Assembly: GCA_001829125.1 (NCBI GenBank) | Contig: MIAN01000104.1 | Location: 1 to 56,627, forward strand | DNA from: Spirochaetes bacterium GWB1_27_13 | Lineage (GTDB): Bacteria > Spirochaetota > GWE2-31-10 > MWDO01 | Length of the DNA: 56,627 nt | Reading direction: 5' to 3' | Shown here: one piece after another, positions 53,602-56,627 of the stretch | Position numbering within the stretch: the first letter of the stretch is position 1 | How the letters are laid out: each line of letters opens with the position of its first letter | The notes under the pieces: generated by a model | Databases searched by the model: none | Told to the model about the DNA's origin: nothing | What the model saw: the letters and a program-made list of their open reading frames with translations, nothing else | Translations under genes and position numbers: made by a program

Positions 53602-54014
53602 TATTAGGTTCTGACATAAAAATTGATTTTGAAACAACCGAAATTCCTTTTAGTTTCAACGGTTTGGATACAGTAGAAAATGAAGAATGTGCATTACAAG
53701 ACATAATAATAAGACTTTTGACACCAAAAGGTAGTTTATTCTATGATGAGTATTTTGGCTCAAGACTTCATGAGTTTATTCAAGAAGCAAAAACGAGAAT
53801 TAATATATTAGATTTTGAAATTGAAATAAAAGAGACTATAAAACAAGACCCAAGAGTAGACAAAGAGTCTATTGAAATTGAAACATCTGACGATGAGGAC
53901 GATTCTCTTGTAGCAAAAGTTAGTTTTTCTTTTATAAAAAAAAAAACAAAATACAATCTTGTTATAGAAACTTTAGAAGAATTACAGATAAGGTTAGACG
54001 ATGGAACTTTTTAA
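53598..54014 (+). CDS. baseplate wedge protein W/gp25-like
   Basis: IIIRLLTPKGSLFYDEYFGSRLHEFIQE pattern. Confidence 0.6.
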   Translation: MILGSDIKIDFETTEIPFSFNGLDTVENEECALQDIIIRLLTPKGSLFYDEYFGSRLHEFIQEAKTRINILDFEIEIKETIKQDPRVDKESIEIETSDDEDDSLVAKVSFSFIKKKTKYNLVIETLEELQIRLDDGTF

Positions 54015-55116
54015 TAAAACGCAAGAAGAAATAAAAACAGAATTAATAACTGCATTCAAAAATAATGAATATATAAACCTAACAAATTATAACGTTGGTG
54101 GGGTGTTGCGAGGTATTTTTGAAGTAGTTGCTTTTTTCATTTGGCTTTTTTATGATTTACTAAACAAAATTTTCAAAAATGCTTTTGTTCAAACAGCTGA
54201 AGGCGATTGGCTCGATTTAAAATGTACAGAAGTTGGTATAACAAGAAAACAAGCAGTAAAAACAATAGGGCTTGTAAAATTTGCAAGAAACATAGCAAAA
54301 GATGAAAATATAAAAATAAAAAAAGGCACAATAGTTAAAACGAAAACCAATAGTAAAGGCAAAGAATTTGTTTTTTATACAACAGAAGAAAAGATTTTAG
54401 TTGCAAATCAAACAGAAGTATTCGTACCAGTGGCAGCTTCCTATGAAGGAAAAGATTACAATGTAGCAACTCATGCTATTTCGATTTTAAGTACAACCAC
54501 ACAAGGTATTGATTATATTGACAATTTCTCAGATTGGATAACAACTCCTGGAGAGGACAAAGAATGTGACGAAGATTTAAGAGCAAGATATTTTTTGCAA
54601 TGGACTAGTCTTGCAAAAGACTCTGCAAGTCTATACAAAAGACTTGCTTTAGAGACTCAAGGAGTAACCGATGCTGTTATCATTTCAGAACCTAGAGGGA
54701 AAGGCACTTTTGATTTAATAATAAGAACTGTATCTGGAAGTCCTTCACAAGAAATAATTATTATCGTTTCAAATAAAATCAATGCAGTAAGAGAACCTGG
54801 AATTGAAATATCAGTTAAAGGACCTACAATTAAAAATATTTCTATAAATATACAATTGATTTTTTATAACAATGTTTTTAACTTTGCAGAAAAAGAAACT
54901 ATTGCTTACGATGCAGTAATAGCATATTTCAATAAACTAAAAATATCTCAAGACTTCATACTTTCACAACTTGCAACAGAAATTTCAACAAGTCTAAAAG
55001 GGTTTTTAAAAGATATAAAAATAACATCTCCAACACAAAATGTGACAGCGACAAAATATGAAATTTTACAAATTTCTAATATTGTTTTTTCTTCAACAAA
55101 AGAGGAGGAAATCTAA
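54001..55116 (+). CDS. baseplate J-like protein (Mu gp47-like)
   Basis: 371 aa. GDWLDLKCTEVGITRKQAVKTIGLVKFAR pattern. Confidence 0.65.
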   Translation: MELFNKTQEEIKTELITAFKNNEYINLTNYNVGGVLRGIFEVVAFFIWLFYDLLNKIFKNAFVQTAEGDWLDLKCTEVGITRKQAVKTIGLVKFARNIAKDENIKIKKGTIVKTKTNSKGKEFVFYTTEEKILVANQTEVFVPVAASYEGKDYNVATHAISILSTTTQGIDYIDNFSDWITTPGEDKECDEDLRARYFLQWTSLAKDSASLYKRLALETQGVTDAVIISEPRGKGTFDLIIRTVSGSPSQEIIIIVSNKINAVREPGIEISVKGPTIKNISINIQLIFYNNVFNFAEKETIAYDAVIAYFNKLKISQDFILSQLATEISTSLKGFLKDIKITSPTQNVTATKYEILQISNIVFSSTKEEEI

Positions 55117-55632
55117 GTGACATTCTATGAGTTTTATCAAAAATATCTAAAAATTCCTGTTATTTCAATATCAAAACTTTTTAATGCAATAATAAATGCA
55201 ATATCGATATCTTTTGATAATCTCAAAGGAAATGCAATTTTAACAAGAAATAAATTCATTGCTTTAAAAACTGACGATTTACAAAACTTTCAAGTCGAGA
55301 GAGGAATAGAAAGACTTCCAAATGAAAGTGAGGAAACCTTCAAAAAAAGAGTAGTATGTGCATATACTTTTTACGCAAAAGAAACTTCAATAAAAAACAT
55401 ACAGTCTTTAGTTCTTTTAGTGACAAAAAAAACTTTTTCAATAAAAGATTGTCAAAAAGGTTTAAAACTTAATAAATCAAAATTAAATAATAGTAGTTTG
55501 GCAATCCCAAAATATGAAATGATTATCGAATTTACAGAATATCTGACAATAAAAGAAAAACAAGCGATACAAGAACTACTTCAAACTTTTTTACCAATAT
55601 ACATTAATTTTTTTATCGTGGAGAAAGTGTGA
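55117..55632 (+). CDS. Mu gp48-like baseplate/tail protein
   Basis: 171 aa. ERGIERLPNESEETFKKRV pattern. Called by position. Confidence 0.45.
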   Translation: MTFYEFYQKYLKIPVISISKLFNAIINAISISFDNLKGNAILTRNKFIALKTDDLQNFQVERGIERLPNESEETFKKRVVCAYTFYAKETSIKNIQSLVLLVTKKTFSIKDCQKGLKLNKSKLNNSSLAIPKYEMIIEFTEYLTIKEKQAIQELLQTFLPIYINFFIVEKV

Positions 55633-56627
55633 TAAAACAAAACTTTTATATAGACCAAACATTAGAGCATACGCATTTAAATAAACTTCAAACAGACATT
55701 GAAACAATTATTGAAGAGAATATCTCTTTTATAGTAAAGGATGGAATTGTATCAAAAGACATTCAACTTGTTGACAAAAAATTAAAAATCTCAAATTTTT
55801 TAGGTTACAAAAACGGCAAGAAACTTTCAATTACAAGTGATGAAATAGATATATCACCATTCACATCAACAGAAACAAAAGTTTTAAGTATTTTTGTTCT
55901 TCCAAAAGAAATATATTCAACTCCTATTGTTGATGGCAAAAATCAAACAATTTTATATAATAAAGAAGACTCTTATCAATTCAATATATTTTTTGAAACA
56001 ACTCCACATGGATTAATCGACATAGGAACTCTTTTGTGTGATCTTTATATTACTGAGTCAAACATAGATAAAATAGATTTGTCAAGAGTGAGAAAAATAC
56101 AATCTTTCGATAATTTTTTTGTAGGTAGTAAAATTCCTGAAACAAAATCGTTGGATGAAATAACTCGTGCTGGTACTTATTTTGGTTGGTATGATTCTAT
56201 TGAAAGTAAACCAACGTTAAACTATATGACACAAAAAGCACCAGTGGCTTGGCAATTCAGATTATCCGTATTTTTAATAGAGAGCAGATTATATCAATTG
56301 TTCTATTCGTTCGCAGGAGAAATATTTTATAGATATACGGACAGCAATAATTTTTTTCTGAATTGGATAGATTATTCACCAAAAAATATGTTAAACAAAA
56401 ACAACAATCTATCTGATTTATATAATATTTCAATAGCAAGAAATAATATATCTGTTTATTCAAGAGTAGAAACCGACAATAAAGATTTAACGACTCTTAA
56501 TAGTGCGAAACTATATGCTGACAAAGGTATTTTTTTAACAGGCAATGATGATTTAAATACAATTAAAACTCCTGGAAATTATAGAGGTTATTCTAATAAT
56601 ACAACAACAAATCACTCTCCTGCTTTA
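55629..56627 (+). CDS. tail fibre protein, N-terminal part (3' end outside the window)
   Basis: GTG start overlapping the previous stop (GTGTGA). The frame is open for 333 codons to the window end. Repeated knob-like motifs (DEITRAGTYFGWY..., DLNTIKTPGNYRGY...). Not in the ORF track. Confidence 0.65.
   Translation, partial: MIKQNFYIDQTLEHTHLNKLQTDIETIIEENISFIVKDGIVSKDIQLVDKKLKISNFLGYKNGKKLSITSDEIDISPFTSTETKVLSIFVLPKEIYSTPIVDGKNQTILYNKEDSYQFNIFFETTPHGLIDIGTLLCDLYITESNIDKIDLSRVRKIQSFDNFFVGSKIPETKSLDEITRAGTYFGWYDSIESKPTLNYMTQKAPVAWQFRLSVFLIESRLYQLFYSFAGEIFYRYTDSNNFFLNWIDYSPKNMLNKNNNLSDLYNISIARNNISVYSRVETDNKDLTTLNSAKLYADKGIFLTGNDDLNTIKTPGNYRGYSNNTTTNHSPAL

Larger units (their letters stand above)
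22913..56627 (+). mobile_element. Mu-like transposable prophage (myovirus type). Left boundary uncertain; the right part lies beyond the window.
   Basis: Collinear Mu-type order: repressor, early promoter, DDE transposase, MuB-like ATPase, DUF3164-, GemA- and Mor-like genes, terminase, portal/MuF, gpI protease, capsid, gp36-like, gpG-like, sheath, tube, TMP, baseplate V/W/J, fibre. Confidence 0.85.

Noticed and set aside
1-56627. Search by eye for tRNA, rRNA, tmRNA, CRISPR arrays, integrase genes and reverse-transcriptase or retron/DGR elements.
   Set aside because: I saw no T-loop/acceptor-like structures, no regularly spaced direct repeats, and no integrase or RT motifs. tRNAscan-SE, Infernal and CRISPR finders would be needed for certainty.

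Overview
Visibly AT-rich bacterial window in two parts.

(1) Positions 1 to about 19.2 kb, and possibly up to 22.9 kb, are ordinary chromosomal genes, mostly on the minus strand. They are: the 3' end of argS, a 1283-aa repeat-rich surface lipoprotein, a HlyD/MFS/MarR efflux operon, an orphan sensor kinase with a CXXCH heme motif, an M16 peptidase, a PBP-like transpeptidase, ruvA-ruvB, two ABC-transporter genes, and a radical-SAM gene. The ABC genes are separated by a local family of ATAACAC(A/G)GATTA repeats.

(2) From the repressor gene at 22.9 kb to the window end is a Mu-like transposable prophage with a contractile tail, on the plus strand. It spans more than 33 kb and runs off the edge. 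In order it carries:
- a double-HTH repressor, operators and a consensus early promoter;
- a DDE transposase and a MuB-like ATPase;
- a long early region of small genes, including DUF3164-like, pentapeptide-repeat, SET-domain, N6-adenine methyltransferase and GemA-like products;
- a Mor/C-like activator and small and large terminase;
- a portal-GNAT-MuF fusion, the gpI protease/scaffold and the capsid protein;
- an embedded lysis cassette;
- gp36/gpG-like connectors, sheath, tube, a chaperone with a -1 frameshift, tape measure, baseplate and the start of a tail fibre.

The strongest signal not explained by ORFs is a pair of about 78-nt direct repeats at 29.13 and 29.78 kb. Each folds as a complete type II hammerhead self-cleaving ribozyme, and together they bracket one early gene.

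Other structure worth a second look:
- a perfect 22-bp inverted repeat enclosing a small membrane-protein gene (32.24/32.53 kb);
- a 15-bp-arm perfect palindrome inside the Mor-like gene;
- an A9-tract frameshift splitting the SET gene;
- a consensus antisense promoter with a hairpin, plus intrinsic terminators, in the immunity/early leader;
- an 18-nt motif shared by two late-operon upstream regions;
- a gene-free 630-nt region at 19.2-19.8 kb with internal repeats that might be the phage left end.

I saw no rRNA, tRNA or CRISPR array. All calls rest on reading the sequence and on remembered family motifs. No searches were run.
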